Below are positions 1-10,231 of a DNA stretch of 64,000 nt, piece by piece (position 1 is the first letter of the stretch; the number at the start of each line of letters is the position of its first letter). Origin of the DNA: Flammeovirgaceae bacterium. GTDB taxonomy: Bacteria > Bacteroidota > Bacteroidia > Cytophagales > Cyclobacteriaceae. The notes under the pieces are model-generated. The model had not been told where the DNA came from and searched no databases. It saw only the letters and a list, made by a program, of their open reading frames with translations. A program made the translations under genes and the position numbers. The stretch spans positions 56,694-120,693 of the forward strand of contig JAHEZH010000001.1 of the NCBI GenBank assembly GCA_023251155.1, read 5' to 3'.

Positions 1-581
1 CGAAAGGAGTTACACAAAATATACGAGGCATTTTCCCTTACTTTCATTACACACAAACCGATGCTTCCTTTTTGGGATCGGATATTTCTGTTCACTACAG
101 TGGGCTGTACGGATGGTTGTTTACTTCCAAAGTTTCATTGCTTCGTGCTAAAGATGAAACCAATGATGATTACCTGATCTGGATTCCATCCAACAGGTAT
201 GATGTTTCTGCACGATACAATGTGCCGGGCAAAATGAAATGGAGAAATTTCTTTGCTGAAGCCAAAGTAAAATACGTAGCGCGGCAGCGACTTGCCCCAC
301 GGGTAGTTAGTGTTCGCGATATCAATGAGGCCAATGCACAGGGCTTTGATTTGTTTGCGGATAATAACAGCAACTTTGATTTCATGGCAGCCCCGGCAGG
401 GTATGTTCTTGCCGGCTTTTCTACGGGCATTTCATTCAAAGCCAATACATCTCAATTTGACATCCGTTTGAGTTCGGATAATCTTTTCAATAAGGCGTAT
501 CGCGAATACACTAACCGCATGCGTTACTATGCCGATGATATTGGCCGCAATTTTACACTGGCGCTCAAATACAGCTTCTAA
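1..581 (+). CDS. TonB-dependent receptor, C-terminal part (5' end lies outside the window)
   Basis: The frame is open from base 3 to the stop at 579-581. The sequence is beta-barrel-like and ends ...RNFTLALKYSF; a terminal aromatic residue is typical of TonB-dependent receptors. Confidence 0.8.
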   Translation, partial: KGVTQNIRGIFPYFHYTQTDASFLGSDISVHYSGLYGWLFTSKVSLLRAKDETNDDYLIWIPSNRYDVSARYNVPGKMKWRNFFAEAKVKYVARQRLAPRVVSVRDINEANAQGFDLFADNNSNFDFMAAPAGYVLAGFSTGISFKANTSQFDIRLSSDNLFNKAYREYTNRMRYYADDIGRNFTLALKYSF

Positions 582-643
582 TGGATTTTGCTGTTTAGAG
601 TTTAATTCTATCTTTGCAACATTGTTGCATTAAATATTGTCTT

Positions 644-1252
644 ATGAAATCCATTTCAAAAATTTTGTCTCTGTTATTGGTTACTGGCCTGATTGTTTTC
701 CTTACGGGTTGTAGCGATGATGATCCGGTAAAAGAAGATATCCCTGAGTTAATCACCAAGGCTACGCTCACCTTCACTCCAGCTACCGGCTCGGCAGTGG
801 TGGTTACAGCAACCGACCCGGATGGTGAGGGTGTACAAAGTATTAAAGTGGATGGCCCGATTACTCTTGTAAAGGGCATGAAATACACGTTAACTATCCA
901 ATTGCTTAATGAACTGGCTAAACCTACCGATGCGGAATACAATGTAACCGATGAAGTAGAAGAAGAAGGAGTGGAACATCAGTTTTACTTTAGCTGGACA
1001 GAAGGAGCATTCAGTAGCCCTTCAGGTAACGGTAACATCGACAATCGTGCCGATGCGATCAATTATAAAGACACTGATAAAAACAATTTACCAATAGGAT
1101 TGACCACCGAGTGGGTGGCTACGTCTTCCACTATTACTGCTGGTAACTTCCGCACCGTTCTTAAACATCAACCTGAATTAAAGTCAGCCACCTCTACCTT
1201 CAATGACGGAGAGACGGATTTGGATATTACGTTTACGTTGAATGTGAACTAG
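644..1252 (+). CDS. lipoprotein of unknown function, downstream of the TonB-dependent receptor
   Basis: ATG at 644 gives MKSISKILSLLLVTGLIVFLTGC, a lipoprotein signal peptide with a lipobox Cys. The TTG at 614 in the ORF track is a less likely start. No family recognised. Confidence 0.6.
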   Translation: MKSISKILSLLLVTGLIVFLTGCSDDDPVKEDIPELITKATLTFTPATGSAVVVTATDPDGEGVQSIKVDGPITLVKGMKYTLTIQLLNELAKPTDAEYNVTDEVEEEGVEHQFYFSWTEGAFSSPSGNGNIDNRADAINYKDTDKNNLPIGLTTEWVATSSTITAGNFRTVLKHQPELKSATSTFNDGETDLDITFTLNVN

Positions 1253-1268
1253 GTTTTAGAATTTTAAC

Positions 1269-1304
1269 AAGCTAACAATGAATAGTTGTATTCATTGTTA
1301 GCTT
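1269..1304. terminator. perfect 16-bp hairpin between convergent genes (bidirectional terminator)
   Basis: aagctaacaatgaata (1269-1284), loop gttg, tattcattgttagctt (1289-1304). The right arm overlaps the stop codon of the globin gene (1298-1300). Confidence 0.6.
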
Positions 1305-1672
1305 TCTCTATTGACCATAAACATGGCTGTAGGCACCAGCCGCTTAAACATCTCATCCTTCAGCGGCTCATCAATAGCAAGACTTGTTATCGCTTCTGAC
1401 ATACAGGATAGCCAGGCCACCGCATCCTCCTCGCCAATGGCATGGGGTAAATGACGTGCCCGCAGTTGCGGGTGGCCATAGTGATGCGAATACAACGCAG
1501 GCCCTCCAAAGAATTGTGTTAAAAACAAACGCTGCTTTTCTTTAATCAGTTCTTTATCCGTTTTGAATAAGTGAGCAATCTGTTCATGATTAAACACCCG
1601 ATCATAAAAACGATCTACCAATAATTTCAGATTTGCTTCTCCCAGTCTTTCGTACACCGTTAATGTTTCCAT
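1298..1672 (-). CDS. group II truncated haemoglobin (trHbO / YjbI-like globin)
   Basis: 124 aa. ...QFFGGPALYSHHYGHPQLRARHLPHAIGEEDAVAWLSCM... matches the conserved trHbO core (FGGP..Y....G.P.LR.RH..F.I....D.WL.CM). Confidence 0.85.
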   Translation of the reverse strand: METLTVYERLGEANLKLLVDRFYDRVFNHEQIAHLFKTDKELIKEKQRLFLTQFFGGPALYSHHYGHPQLRARHLPHAIGEEDAVAWLSCMSEAITSLAIDEPLKDEMFKRLVPTAMFMVNRES

Positions 1673-1676
1673 CGGA

Positions 1677-2996
1677 TTAATTCAATTGAGTGATGCTTGA
1701 ATAAATGCGTGCAAAGTCAGGGCGCTTCATTACTTCGGGCTGCAGGCATTCATCGCGCAAATGAGAAAGAGTGTTCGTTAAAGTCAGGTCACGGTCTTCG
1801 GGTGCAACGTACTTCAGTACGTCATCAAGCAGGCAGCCAAATGCTCTTACTTCCAGGCGTTGTAATCCAGGAGCTACCATTTCATCTTTTGTATCATAAA
1901 ATGTGGCGGCACCAAAGTCTCCAAAGAGCGGATGTGCCCGTTCATCAATTAAAATGTTATGGGCATACAAATCGCCATGCATGATACCTTTATGATGTAA
2001 ATGCAAACAAGCCGATGCAATACCCGCAGCAATTTCCCTTATCGCCTGAGTTGAAAAACGAGTTCCTTCCCTGAACACATCGCGTGTGCATGTTTCAAAA
2101 CTAGGTGGCCCGCCCAGGTTTGTATACGATGGATCAATGAGATCGAATACTAATCCTTTTTTGTGATGAGGATGCAATGCGATCTTACCTAATACTTTAA
2201 CCAGATTGGGATGAGTACCTGCTGCCATACACGCATTCATTTCATCCGATGGTAATCCATCACTGGTTACTTCACCTTTAAAAACTTTCACGGCCACCTC
2301 GCGCGAGGTGTTTGCCGGCCAGTTACTTTTCCAGGCTGCTTTGGTGATGACACCTGAGGCCCCCTGACCAAGTTCTTCTTTCAGATGTAGTTCATTCCAG
2401 AAAATTTCGGTGAGGTGAGCTCCTGCATGTTTCTTTTCACTGAATGGATTTCCCGCGCACGCCAGCCAGGATAAACGCGGTAAGGATAACAACCAAAGAG
2501 GAAGGGACCCAAACCGGTTTGCCGAAATGCGAAGCAATTCCAGCTTCGTGCAAGCAATCATCTCGTGCGGTAGTTCTTTTAACTTGTTTCCGGCCAGCAT
2601 CAGTTTCTGCATCTGATTGCATTCAGCGATTGACTTGGGAAGATGATCGATTTGGTTATTGGTCAATATCAACCAGCGCAGCTTTGGTGGAAACGACTCT
2701 TCAGGAATGGTTTTTATCTGGTTGGCTTTAAAGCCTATCATTTCCAAGTGAATGCATTTCGCCAATACTGCCGGAAATTGAGTAAAGTGATTATCGGATA
2801 GGAATACGATGCGCAGTTTCTTTAGCTGATAAAAATCATCCGGCAGGGATTGAAGATGATTACCTGAAAGATCCAGCACTTCTAATGTTTCTGCCAACCC
2901 GTACAGCTCAACAGGAAAGTCCTTAATCGATTCAGAAATCTTTATTGTTCTGTTCCCTGCCAGTTCGCCCGAGCGAAGTTGTTGTAATGTGTGCAT
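1677..2996 (-). CDS. leucine-rich-repeat protein fused to a eukaryotic-like Ser/Thr protein kinase domain
   Basis: The N-terminal ~190 aa hold about 7-8 LRRs (LEVLDLSGNHLQSLP, LRIVFLSDNHFTQFP, LILTNNQIDHLP, LMLAGNKLKELP...). The C-terminal half has the G-loop GQGASGV, VAVK lysine, catalytic loop HGDLYAHNILI and GDFG. No signal peptide or TM segment. Confidence 0.85.
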   Translation of the reverse strand: MHTLQQLRSGELAGNRTIKISESIKDFPVELYGLAETLEVLDLSGNHLQSLPDDFYQLKKLRIVFLSDNHFTQFPAVLAKCIHLEMIGFKANQIKTIPEESFPPKLRWLILTNNQIDHLPKSIAECNQMQKLMLAGNKLKELPHEMIACTKLELLRISANRFGSLPLWLLSLPRLSWLACAGNPFSEKKHAGAHLTEIFWNELHLKEELGQGASGVITKAAWKSNWPANTSREVAVKVFKGEVTSDGLPSDEMNACMAAGTHPNLVKVLGKIALHPHHKKGLVFDLIDPSYTNLGGPPSFETCTRDVFREGTRFSTQAIREIAAGIASACLHLHHKGIMHGDLYAHNILIDERAHPLFGDFGAATFYDTKDEMVAPGLQRLEVRAFGCLLDDVLKYVAPEDRDLTLTNTLSHLRDECLQPEVMKRPDFARIYSSITQLN

Positions 2997-3123
2997 GAAT
3001 CAATCAACCCAAATGGTCAGCTATTTAAGTAGGACGCAAATTAAGTTTGAATGACAAGAATACCATACGCATACGTATCGTATTGTTTTAGTAATGAAAA
3101 GAATTGATCTCTACGAGATGGAA

Positions 3124-3555
3124 TTATAATGAAGAGGCAAAGGTAGCATGGTCATGAAAGGCCGAAAAGATAGCCGGACGTTGAATACGATTCAGTTCTT
3201 TTTGCTTGTTCATCACCTCATCCAGCGGCAAATGAAGTTCGGTATGATACAGTTTATAAATAAATTGCCATTCCGTGCGATCCATAAAACCATCTGCATT
3301 GGCCACCACACATAACCAGGCAACGCAGTTAATCTGTTTTTCGCGATCCAGTTTTTTCAGGCTCAAAACACTATCGTGATAGAGCTTCGATTGATCCTTT
3401 GATTTGAGCAAAATCATCTGGACATTGAACTCTTCGGCATCAAGACCTTCGTGTTTAACCAGGAGCTGCCCCAGCGCAATTTCACGTTCGTTTACTTTAC
3501 CATCGGCATGAATCAACATGAAGTAAAGATGGGTGAGTAGGGTGCTATAATTCAT
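3124..3555 (-). CDS. TerB-like (tellurite-resistance TerB / DjlA N-domain-like) protein
   Basis: 143 aa. LIHADGKVNEREIALGQ... and VANADGFMDRTEWQF... are two ADG-x-hydrophobic-x-x-x-E repeats typical of the TerB fold. Confidence 0.55.
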   Translation of the reverse strand: MNYSTLLTHLYFMLIHADGKVNEREIALGQLLVKHEGLDAEEFNVQMILLKSKDQSKLYHDSVLSLKKLDREKQINCVAWLCVVANADGFMDRTEWQFIYKLYHTELHLPLDEVMNKQKELNRIQRPAIFSAFHDHATFASSL

Positions 3556-3751
3556 CGCAGTTAAAAAATAGAGTGACCTTAATACCTTCGGAAAAATGAT
3601 GCCAAGGTTTAAAAATCATTAAAATGAGCACATTTTGGCACTTTGTTAACCAATTTATTCTAAAAATGGGAATCGTGAGCTAAGATTGGACAATGCACTA
3701 CTTGCGCATCATCTTTGAAAATTGCTCCTTACAGAAATAACTACTGAAGAT

Positions 3752-3958
3752 ATGATCCGGTTTGTAGAACTAAGGGTAACGGAAGAAGAAGAAGTAAAAA
3801 TGGAATTGGTAAATGTGGCAAATGTAGGAAGGGTCTACCCCAGTCCTCAGAATAGCCGAAAAAGTATGGTTGAATTAAATTATCACAGTGTCAACGATGC
3901 GCCTGTTTATCTTGAGGTGGACATGTCATACGAAGCATTGCGATTACATTTTCTATAA
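3752..3958 (+). CDS. small hypothetical protein (68 aa from the ATG at 3752)
   Basis: Open frame ending 9 nt before the next gene on the same strand. No recognisable family. The start is uncertain (the ORF track starts at 3722). Confidence 0.3.
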   Translation: MIRFVELRVTEEEEVKMELVNVANVGRVYPSPQNSRKSMVELNYHSVNDAPVYLEVDMSYEALRLHFL

Positions 3959-3967
3959 TTCCCGTTT

Positions 3968-4330
3968 ATGAAAAATGAAGAGCTGGTTCACATCGCCCAC
4001 CGATGGATAGAAGCTTTCAACACAAAGCAACTCGAAAATCTGCTTTCACTGTATCACACTCAGGCAGAGCACTATAGCCCTAAACTCAAACTAAGGTTAC
4101 CTGAAACCAACGGATTGATAAAAGGAAAAGATGCCATGCATCAGTGGTGGGAAGATGCCTTCAACCGGCTGCCCTCCCTTCACTATCAGCTGGTGCGATT
4201 AACGCCATATGAAGATCGCATCTTTATGGAATACATCCGCCATGTAGCAAATGAAGAAGACCTGTACGTGGGTGAGATGCTTGAGATTGCTCATGGACTA
4301 ATTATACGCTCAGCGGTGTTTCATCGGTAA
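3968..4330 (+). CDS. NTF2-like / SnoaL-like (ketosteroid isomerase fold) protein
   Basis: 120 aa. The N-terminus ...HRWIEAFNTKQLENLLSLYHTQAEHYSP... is the typical SnoaL/NTF2 opening helix pattern. Confidence 0.7.
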   Translation: MKNEELVHIAHRWIEAFNTKQLENLLSLYHTQAEHYSPKLKLRLPETNGLIKGKDAMHQWWEDAFNRLPSLHYQLVRLTPYEDRIFMEYIRHVANEEDLYVGEMLEIAHGLIIRSAVFHR

Positions 4331-4401
4331 AACTCCTTTCTCCTTTTTCAAGTTTGATAATCGGGGAAAATATCTACATTTATTTCTCTCACGATGAGTA
4401 A

Positions 4402-6594
4402 ATGAAATTCAATCCATTCTGGTTCGGGCAAGGTACCTTTCTCTTAGCACTGCTTTTCATTACTCCGCTGATAGCGCAAAAGAAAAATGAAATCTATCAG
4501 TACCATATTCGCAAAACCTCCGCACCGATAAAAATAGATGGCGCTGAGGAGGAGGATGCCTGGAGAGAAAGTGATGTTGCCCGTGATTTTTATATGGTAC
4601 TGCCCATGGATACCAGCAGGGCAAGAGTAAAGACAGAAGTACGAATGAGCTATGATGATCATCATCTTTACCTCATCGCTACGTGCTTTCACCTGTTGCC
4701 GGGACCTTACATGGTGGAATCACTGAGACGGGATTTCACCTTTGGAAAGAATGATAACTTTTTATTGTTTATGGATCCATTCGATGATCAAACTAATGGA
4801 TTTTCATTTGGTGCCAATGCTGCAGGGGCACAGTGGGATGGCATTATGTATGAAGGAGGAAAAGTAGATCTCAGCTGGGACAACAAGTGGCAGTCGCAGG
4901 TGGCCACGTACGAAGATCGATGGGTATTTGAAGCAGCCATTCCATTTAAAAGCATCCGCTACAAAAAAGGAATAACGCAATGGGGCATTAACTTCAGTCG
5001 CCTCGATTTAAAAACGACAGAAAAATCCGCGTGGGCTCCGGTACCACGACAATTTCCTACCGCCTCACTTGCTTACACCGGTATATTGATTTGGGATCAG
5101 CCTCCGCCAGAAATCAATTCCAATGTTTCTATTATTCCTTTTGCTCTTGCCAGCGGATTAAAGGATTATGAAAACAATAAAGCTACCTCTTACAATAAAG
5201 ATGTTGGTGCAGATGCCAAAGTAGCATTAACCAGTTCGGTTAATTTAGATCTTACGGTTAATCCTGATTTTTCGCAGGTAGATGTGGACCGGCAGGTAAC
5301 TAACCTCGATCGCTTTGAATTATTCTTCCCTGAAAAAAGACAATTCTTTCTGGAGAACGGTGATCTCTTCGCCAATTTTGGATACGCCACCATTCGGCCC
5401 TTCTTCTCACGGAGAATAGGATTAGGTGTACCTATACAAATGGGTGCGCGTGTCAGCGGAAAAATCAACCGTAACTGGCGCATTGGCCTGATGGATATGC
5501 AAACCGGAAAAGTGGAAAAAGAGGCATTGCCCTCACACAACTTCGGCGTGATTGCCGTGCAGCGAAGGATATTCGCACGCTCAAACATAGGGTTCATTTT
5601 CATCAATAAGGCGGCGGTCAACTATGATCCTCCTGCAGATTCAACTACTCCCATTTACACTAAATACAACCGCAATGCGGGATTGGAATACAACCTGGCC
5701 TCATCCAACAATTCATGGACAGGAAAAATACTGTTTCTAAAATCATTTAGCCCTGATAAAAAGGGAAAGGACTTTGTGCATGCCGCCAACCTTCAGTACA
5801 CCAATCGGGCATGGATGATTTCCTGGCAGCAGGAATACGTGGGCAAAAATTATAATGCTGAAGTCGGTTATGTTCCCCGGCAGGGTTATGTCAGGTTAAA
5901 TCCATTGATGAGCTATCTGTTTTTTCCAAAAGGAACGCACGTGCTCAGTCATGGCCCACAGGCAACGTCCAGCCTGTTTTTCAATAATTCATTTCGAGCC
6001 ACCGATAATGAAACCACGTTTTCATACCTGATCACGCTACGCACTCAAGCCCGGCTTAATCTGTGGACGGCTCATAATTATGTCAAACTTTTAAAAGGCT
6101 TCGATCCTACCAACTCAGGCCGTGATACATTAGCAACAGGCACACAACACTATTGGAATTCGTACGGGTTTGATTTCACATCGAAACCTCAACGCTTTTT
6201 TACGTATGCTGCTTCGCTGAGAAACGGAGGCTACTACAATCATGGCTCACGGCTAAGTGTATCCGGTGAGTTGGGTTATCGCTTTCAGCCTTATGTGGGT
6301 ATTACTCTTACTTCTGCATACAATGATATACGCATACCGCAAAGCTCAGGGCAAACTACATTTTGGTTAATTGGGCCTCGCATCGATGTAACGTTAACCA
6401 ACACGCTCTTCATCACCGGTTTTGCACAGTACAACGATCAACGTAACAATGTCAATCTGAATGCGCGCTTTCAATGGCGTTACCGGCCCGCATCCGATCT
6501 GTTTATCGTTTACACCGACAATTATTTACCCGAGACCTTCTTCGTGAAGAACAGAGCGCTGGTATTGAAGTTTACCTATTGGTGGAATATCTGA
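4402..6594 (+). CDS. secreted DUF5916 / CBM9-like domain protein (large beta-barrel-like protein)
   Basis: 730 aa with a signal peptide (FLLALLFITPLIAQ). The N-terminal IDG..E..W motif resembles family 9 carbohydrate-binding modules, and the C-terminal two thirds are beta-rich, as in Bacteroidota DUF5916 proteins. Assigned from memory of the family. Confidence 0.6.
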   Translation: MKFNPFWFGQGTFLLALLFITPLIAQKKNEIYQYHIRKTSAPIKIDGAEEEDAWRESDVARDFYMVLPMDTSRARVKTEVRMSYDDHHLYLIATCFHLLPGPYMVESLRRDFTFGKNDNFLLFMDPFDDQTNGFSFGANAAGAQWDGIMYEGGKVDLSWDNKWQSQVATYEDRWVFEAAIPFKSIRYKKGITQWGINFSRLDLKTTEKSAWAPVPRQFPTASLAYTGILIWDQPPPEINSNVSIIPFALASGLKDYENNKATSYNKDVGADAKVALTSSVNLDLTVNPDFSQVDVDRQVTNLDRFELFFPEKRQFFLENGDLFANFGYATIRPFFSRRIGLGVPIQMGARVSGKINRNWRIGLMDMQTGKVEKEALPSHNFGVIAVQRRIFARSNIGFIFINKAAVNYDPPADSTTPIYTKYNRNAGLEYNLASSNNSWTGKILFLKSFSPDKKGKDFVHAANLQYTNRAWMISWQQEYVGKNYNAEVGYVPRQGYVRLNPLMSYLFFPKGTHVLSHGPQATSSLFFNNSFRATDNETTFSYLITLRTQARLNLWTAHNYVKLLKGFDPTNSGRDTLATGTQHYWNSYGFDFTSKPQRFFTYAASLRNGGYYNHGSRLSVSGELGYRFQPYVGITLTSAYNDIRIPQSSGQTTFWLIGPRIDVTLTNTLFITGFAQYNDQRNNVNLNARFQWRYRPASDLFIVYTDNYLPETFFVKNRALVLKFTYWWNI

Positions 6595-6598
6595 TCAG

Positions 6599-7123
6599 CT
6601 AAGGTAGATTAAGCTGACTGGTGAAATTGATTTCTTTAATCAGTTTATTGTCTTCCTCCGTAATTTCGGTTACAGAAAAATGCTTTACGCCTGCAATGGA
6701 CAACTCATCAAAAATATCTACGATGTTTTGATACCGGGATTTGTCGGATGGTTTTATGAACACATACAATCCCTTTATTTGTGCGTTCTTTTCCATGAGT
6801 AGCTTGCGAACTCCGCCGGGGGAAAAATCAGTAGCCTTATAGGGCGGTTCGGCATAGCCCATATACCAGTACACTTTATTATTTGCGCCCAGCACCAGTG
6901 TTAGTACCTTTTTTACATTGATGGGTGGCGGAGCAGCGATTGATTTCTCCGGCATGTCTACTTCCATCACTCGTGATTTCAGAAAAGTTGTTGTCAGCAT
7001 AAAAAAGGTGAGCAACAAGAAAGCAAGATCTACCATCGGTGTCATGTCAATACGCGTTGACATTTTTCTGCTTCTTACTTTGCCACCTTTATTCTGTGGG
7101 GAAGAGTTCGTGATTTCTGCCAT
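6599..7123 (-). CDS. exbD: biopolymer transport protein ExbD/TolR
   Basis: ...RKMSTRIDMTPMVDLAFLLLTFFMLTTTF... is the ExbD signature with a single TM helix. I prefer the ATG at 7123 (MAEITNSS...) over 7171. No exbB or tonB gene is adjacent. Confidence 0.85.
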   Translation of the reverse strand: MAEITNSSPQNKGGKVRSRKMSTRIDMTPMVDLAFLLLTFFMLTTTFLKSRVMEVDMPEKSIAAPPPINVKKVLTLVLGANNKVYWYMGYAEPPYKATDFSPGGVRKLLMEKNAQIKGLYVFIKPSDKSRYQNIVDIFDELSIAGVKHFSVTEITEEDNKLIKEINFTSQLNLP

Positions 7124-7225
7124 ACGAATACTATTTACGTGGTGAATTGTATTAGTAATACACTTTCGCACAAAGAGTCACATAAAAAAATTACAGGTAT
7201 CTTTAGGAGCAGATAGAACAGCGCA

Positions 7226-7423
7226 ATGAACGGAACAATCAGAGCAAACATTAAGAAAGGACAACTGGTAAAAATTATACTGAAGAAAGATCAGCGTACA
7301 GGTATTCTTACCGAAGGTATTGTTAAAGACTTACTTACCAGTGTACCCAGGCATCATCGCGGAATAAAAGTGCGCCTGGAAGACGGGCAGATCGGAAGAG
7401 TTCAGGAAATCATTGAAGAGTAG
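7226..7423 (+). CDS. YwbE family small protein
   Basis: 65 aa. GQLVKIILKKDQRTGILTEGIVKDLLT....HHRGIKVRLEDGQIGRVQEI matches the YwbE family pattern. Confidence 0.7.
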   Translation: MNGTIRANIKKGQLVKIILKKDQRTGILTEGIVKDLLTSVPRHHRGIKVRLEDGQIGRVQEIIEE

Positions 7424-7425
7424 AC

Positions 7426-7782
7426 TTAGTTCGTGTAAAGCCACGCCCAGGCCATCAGTACCAGTTGAAAGGGTATGCGCACAAGGGTGATCCAGAAGTA
7501 GCGGTGTTTCTTCTTCCAGAAATTGATACTCATTTGAATATTGGCCGGAAGTACTGCGATAAGAAGGGCTATGATTAACCATGCGGCTGCACTTCGCGTA
7601 GCCATGGGAAGGAGCATTATTGCAAAAATAATTTCACACACTCCGCTTAAATAATTAACCGCTTTATGAAAAGGAATCCAGGATGGAATAATTTTTAAAT
7701 ACCATCCCGGATTAACAAAGTGGTTGATGCCTGCTGCCAGATAGAGAAAAGCCATGCCATATAATGGCAACTCGCTGGTCAT
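7426..7782 (-). CDS. DoxX-like integral membrane protein
   Basis: 118 aa with four hydrophobic segments and a YLAAGINHFVNP motif, as in DoxX-like / YndF-type small membrane proteins. Confidence 0.55.
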   Translation of the reverse strand: MTSELPLYGMAFLYLAAGINHFVNPGWYLKIIPSWIPFHKAVNYLSGVCEIIFAIMLLPMATRSAAAWLIIALLIAVLPANIQMSINFWKKKHRYFWITLVRIPFQLVLMAWAWLYTN

Positions 7783-7785
7783 CGT

Positions 7786-8775
7786 TTATTTTTTATACCC
7801 TTCGAAATCTTTATGATCGCGCTGGAATAACACCTCCTGTGGCAATGATTTGAAATAATCGTAAGTGATTTTCAACCCTTCGGCACGAGATACTTTTGGC
7901 GTCCATTTCAAAAGCTCTTTTGCCTTTGTAATATTTGGCTGACGCTGCTTTGGATCATCTTTAGGAAGTGGATGGTAAACAATTTTTTGTTTTGTACCCG
8001 TTAGCTTTACAATCTCTTCGGCGAAATCCTTGATAGTGATTTCATCCGGATTACCAATGTTCACCGGCTGGGCATAGTCAGACATCAGCAAACGGTAAAT
8101 GCCTTCTACCAAATCATCCACATAGCAGAAGGAACGTGTTTGTGAACCATCCCCGAATATGGTAAGATCTTCCCCACGCAATGCCTGACCAATGAATGCC
8201 GGCAATACACGCCCGTCATTTAGTCGCATGCGCGGGCCATAGGTATTGAATATACGCACAATGCGGGTTTCCAATCCATGATACGTATGATACGCCATCG
8301 TCATCGCTTCCTGAAAACGCTTGGCTTCATCATACACGCCACGTGGCCCCACCGTATTTACATTACCATAGTATTCTTCCGGCTGCGGATGTACAGTAGG
8401 ATCACCATATACTTCTGAAGTCGAAGCGATGATGAGGCGCGCTTTCTTGGCACGGGCAAGACCAAGCAGATTGTGAGTACCTAATGATCCCACTTTCAAT
8501 GTTTGAATGGGAATCTTTAAATAATCAATAGGACTGGCCGGTGAAGCAAAATGAAGGATATAGTCCAGTTCACCCGGCACGTGCACAAACTTGGAAACAT
8601 CGTGATGATAGAATTCAAAATCAGGATGCTTGAACAAGTGTTCAATATTGCGCAGATCACCTGTAATCAGGTTATCCATTGCAATCACGTGATGGCCTTC
8701 CTTAATAAAGCGATCACAAAGATGAGATCCTAAAAATCCGGCTCCACCGGTGATGAGGGTTCGTTTCTTAGCCAT
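7786..8775 (-). CDS. UDP-glucuronate decarboxylase (UDP-xylose synthase), SDR family
   Basis: [14 protein letters not shown] Rossmann motif, ...YDEAKR... catalytic YxxxK, and strong overall resemblance to UXS enzymes. Overlaps the upstream ugd gene by 8 nt. Confidence 0.9.
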   Translation of the reverse strand: MAKKRTLITGGAGFLGSHLCDRFIKEGHHVIAMDNLITGDLRNIEHLFKHPDFEFYHHDVSKFVHVPGELDYILHFASPASPIDYLKIPIQTLKVGSLGTHNLLGLARAKKARLIIASTSEVYGDPTVHPQPEEYYGNVNTVGPRGVYDEAKRFQEAMTMAYHTYHGLETRIVRIFNTYGPRMRLNDGRVLPAFIGQALRGEDLTIFGDGSQTRSFCYVDDLVEGIYRLLMSDYAQPVNIGNPDEITIKDFAEEIVKLTGTKQKIVYHPLPKDDPKQRQPNITKAKELLKWTPKVSRAEGLKITYDYFKSLPQEVLFQRDHKDFEGYKK

Positions 8776-10081
8776 GGATTGTTTCTCTGCCTACGCTGTA
8801 ATATGTATAACCCAATTCCTTCATCTGTTCCAGATCGTAAAGATTACGTCCATCAAAGATGACTTTATTCTTCAATAATGCATTTACCTTATCGAAATCA
8901 GGAGTACGGAACTCCGGCCATTCGGTGGCAATGAACAAGGCATCTGCATCGTGAAGTGTTTCATAAGGTGTCTCACAGTATTCTACCTTATCGCCAATGA
9001 GTTTTTTTACATTACTCATCGCTTCCGGATCGTGCACCTTCACTTTCGCACCTTCCGCCACAAGAAGATCGATATTATACAAAGCGGGTGCTTCGCGAAT
9101 GTCGTCTGTATGTGGTTTGAAGGCTAATCCCCACATGGCAATTGTTTTTCCTTTCAGCGATCCCTTGAAGTATTTTTTTACCTGAGGGATCAATCGGGTC
9201 TTCATGTCCTCATTCACTTCAATCACTGAGTTCAGTATCTTGAAGTCATAACCCACATCTTCTGATGATTTGGCCAGTGCCTGTACATCTTTAGGAAAGC
9301 AACTTCCGCCATAACCGATACCTGGAAACAAGAACCGCTTCCCGATACGGCTATCGGTTCCCATTCCTTTACGCACATCATCCACGTTAGCTCCCAGTTT
9401 CTCACACAGGTTAGCTATCTCATTCATAAAGGTGATCTTCGCTGCCAGGAAAGAGTTCGCTGCATATTTTGTTAATTCTGCAGAACGCTCGTCCATAAAA
9501 ATCAGCGGGTTGCCCTGGCGTACAAAAGGGGCATACAGTGTTTCCATGATCTTACGGGCCTTGGCCGAATCAGTACCAATGACGACACGCTCTGGCTTCA
9601 TAAAATCTTCAACGGCAACTCCTTCACGAAGGAATTCAGGATTCGATACTACATCAAACTCCACTCTGGCTTTTGCTTTCACACGTTCAGCCACTTTTTC
9701 AGCAGTACCTACCGGAACCGTGCTCTTATCCACCAACACGGTATAATCGGCCAGCAATGGACCCAGATCGTCAGCTACTTTTAAAACATACTTCAGGTCA
9801 GCGGCTCCATCCGCACCTTGTGGCGTGGGTAACGCCAGGAAGATAATCTTGGCATCCTTGATTCCTTCGGCAAGGTCAGTGGTAAAAGCTAATCTTCCCT
9901 GATTGATGTTTCGGGTGAATAAATTCTCCAATCCGGGTTCATAGATTGTCACTTTACCCGATTGAAGTTTTTTTACCTTCTCCTGATCGATGTCGATGCA
10001 GGTAACCGTATTTCCTGTTTCGGCAAAACATGTCCCGGTTACTAAACCAACGTACCCGGTTCCAACTACAGCAATTTTCAT
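8768..10081 (-). CDS. ugd: UDP-glucose 6-dehydrogenase
   Basis: [19 protein letters not shown]-binding motif, catalytic GGSCFPKD motif, 437 aa. Confidence 0.92.
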   Translation of the reverse strand: MKIAVVGTGYVGLVTGTCFAETGNTVTCIDIDQEKVKKLQSGKVTIYEPGLENLFTRNINQGRLAFTTDLAEGIKDAKIIFLALPTPQGADGAADLKYVLKVADDLGPLLADYTVLVDKSTVPVGTAEKVAERVKAKARVEFDVVSNPEFLREGVAVEDFMKPERVVIGTDSAKARKIMETLYAPFVRQGNPLIFMDERSAELTKYAANSFLAAKITFMNEIANLCEKLGANVDDVRKGMGTDSRIGKRFLFPGIGYGGSCFPKDVQALAKSSEDVGYDFKILNSVIEVNEDMKTRLIPQVKKYFKGSLKGKTIAMWGLAFKPHTDDIREAPALYNIDLLVAEGAKVKVHDPEAMSNVKKLIGDKVEYCETPYETLHDADALFIATEWPEFRTPDFDKVNALLKNKVIFDGRNLYDLEQMKELGYTYYSVGRETIHG

Positions 10082-10231
10082 TTTTTAAATATTTAAGGGG
10101 GCCGGCAAAAATAGCCGATTATCCTTTTAAATAATGTGGAAAACAAAGTAAATAACCACAAACTAACATTCGTTTGTAGGAGAGTTTTTATTGGACTACT
10201 TTTGATCTCCCTAACGCTAAAATGAAAACAT

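Noticed and set aside
5190-5621. 143-aa ORF antisense to the DUF5916-like gene, and the 82-aa ORF at 4444-4692
   Set aside because: They are shadow ORFs within a long, well-supported frame that carries a signal peptide on the plus strand.
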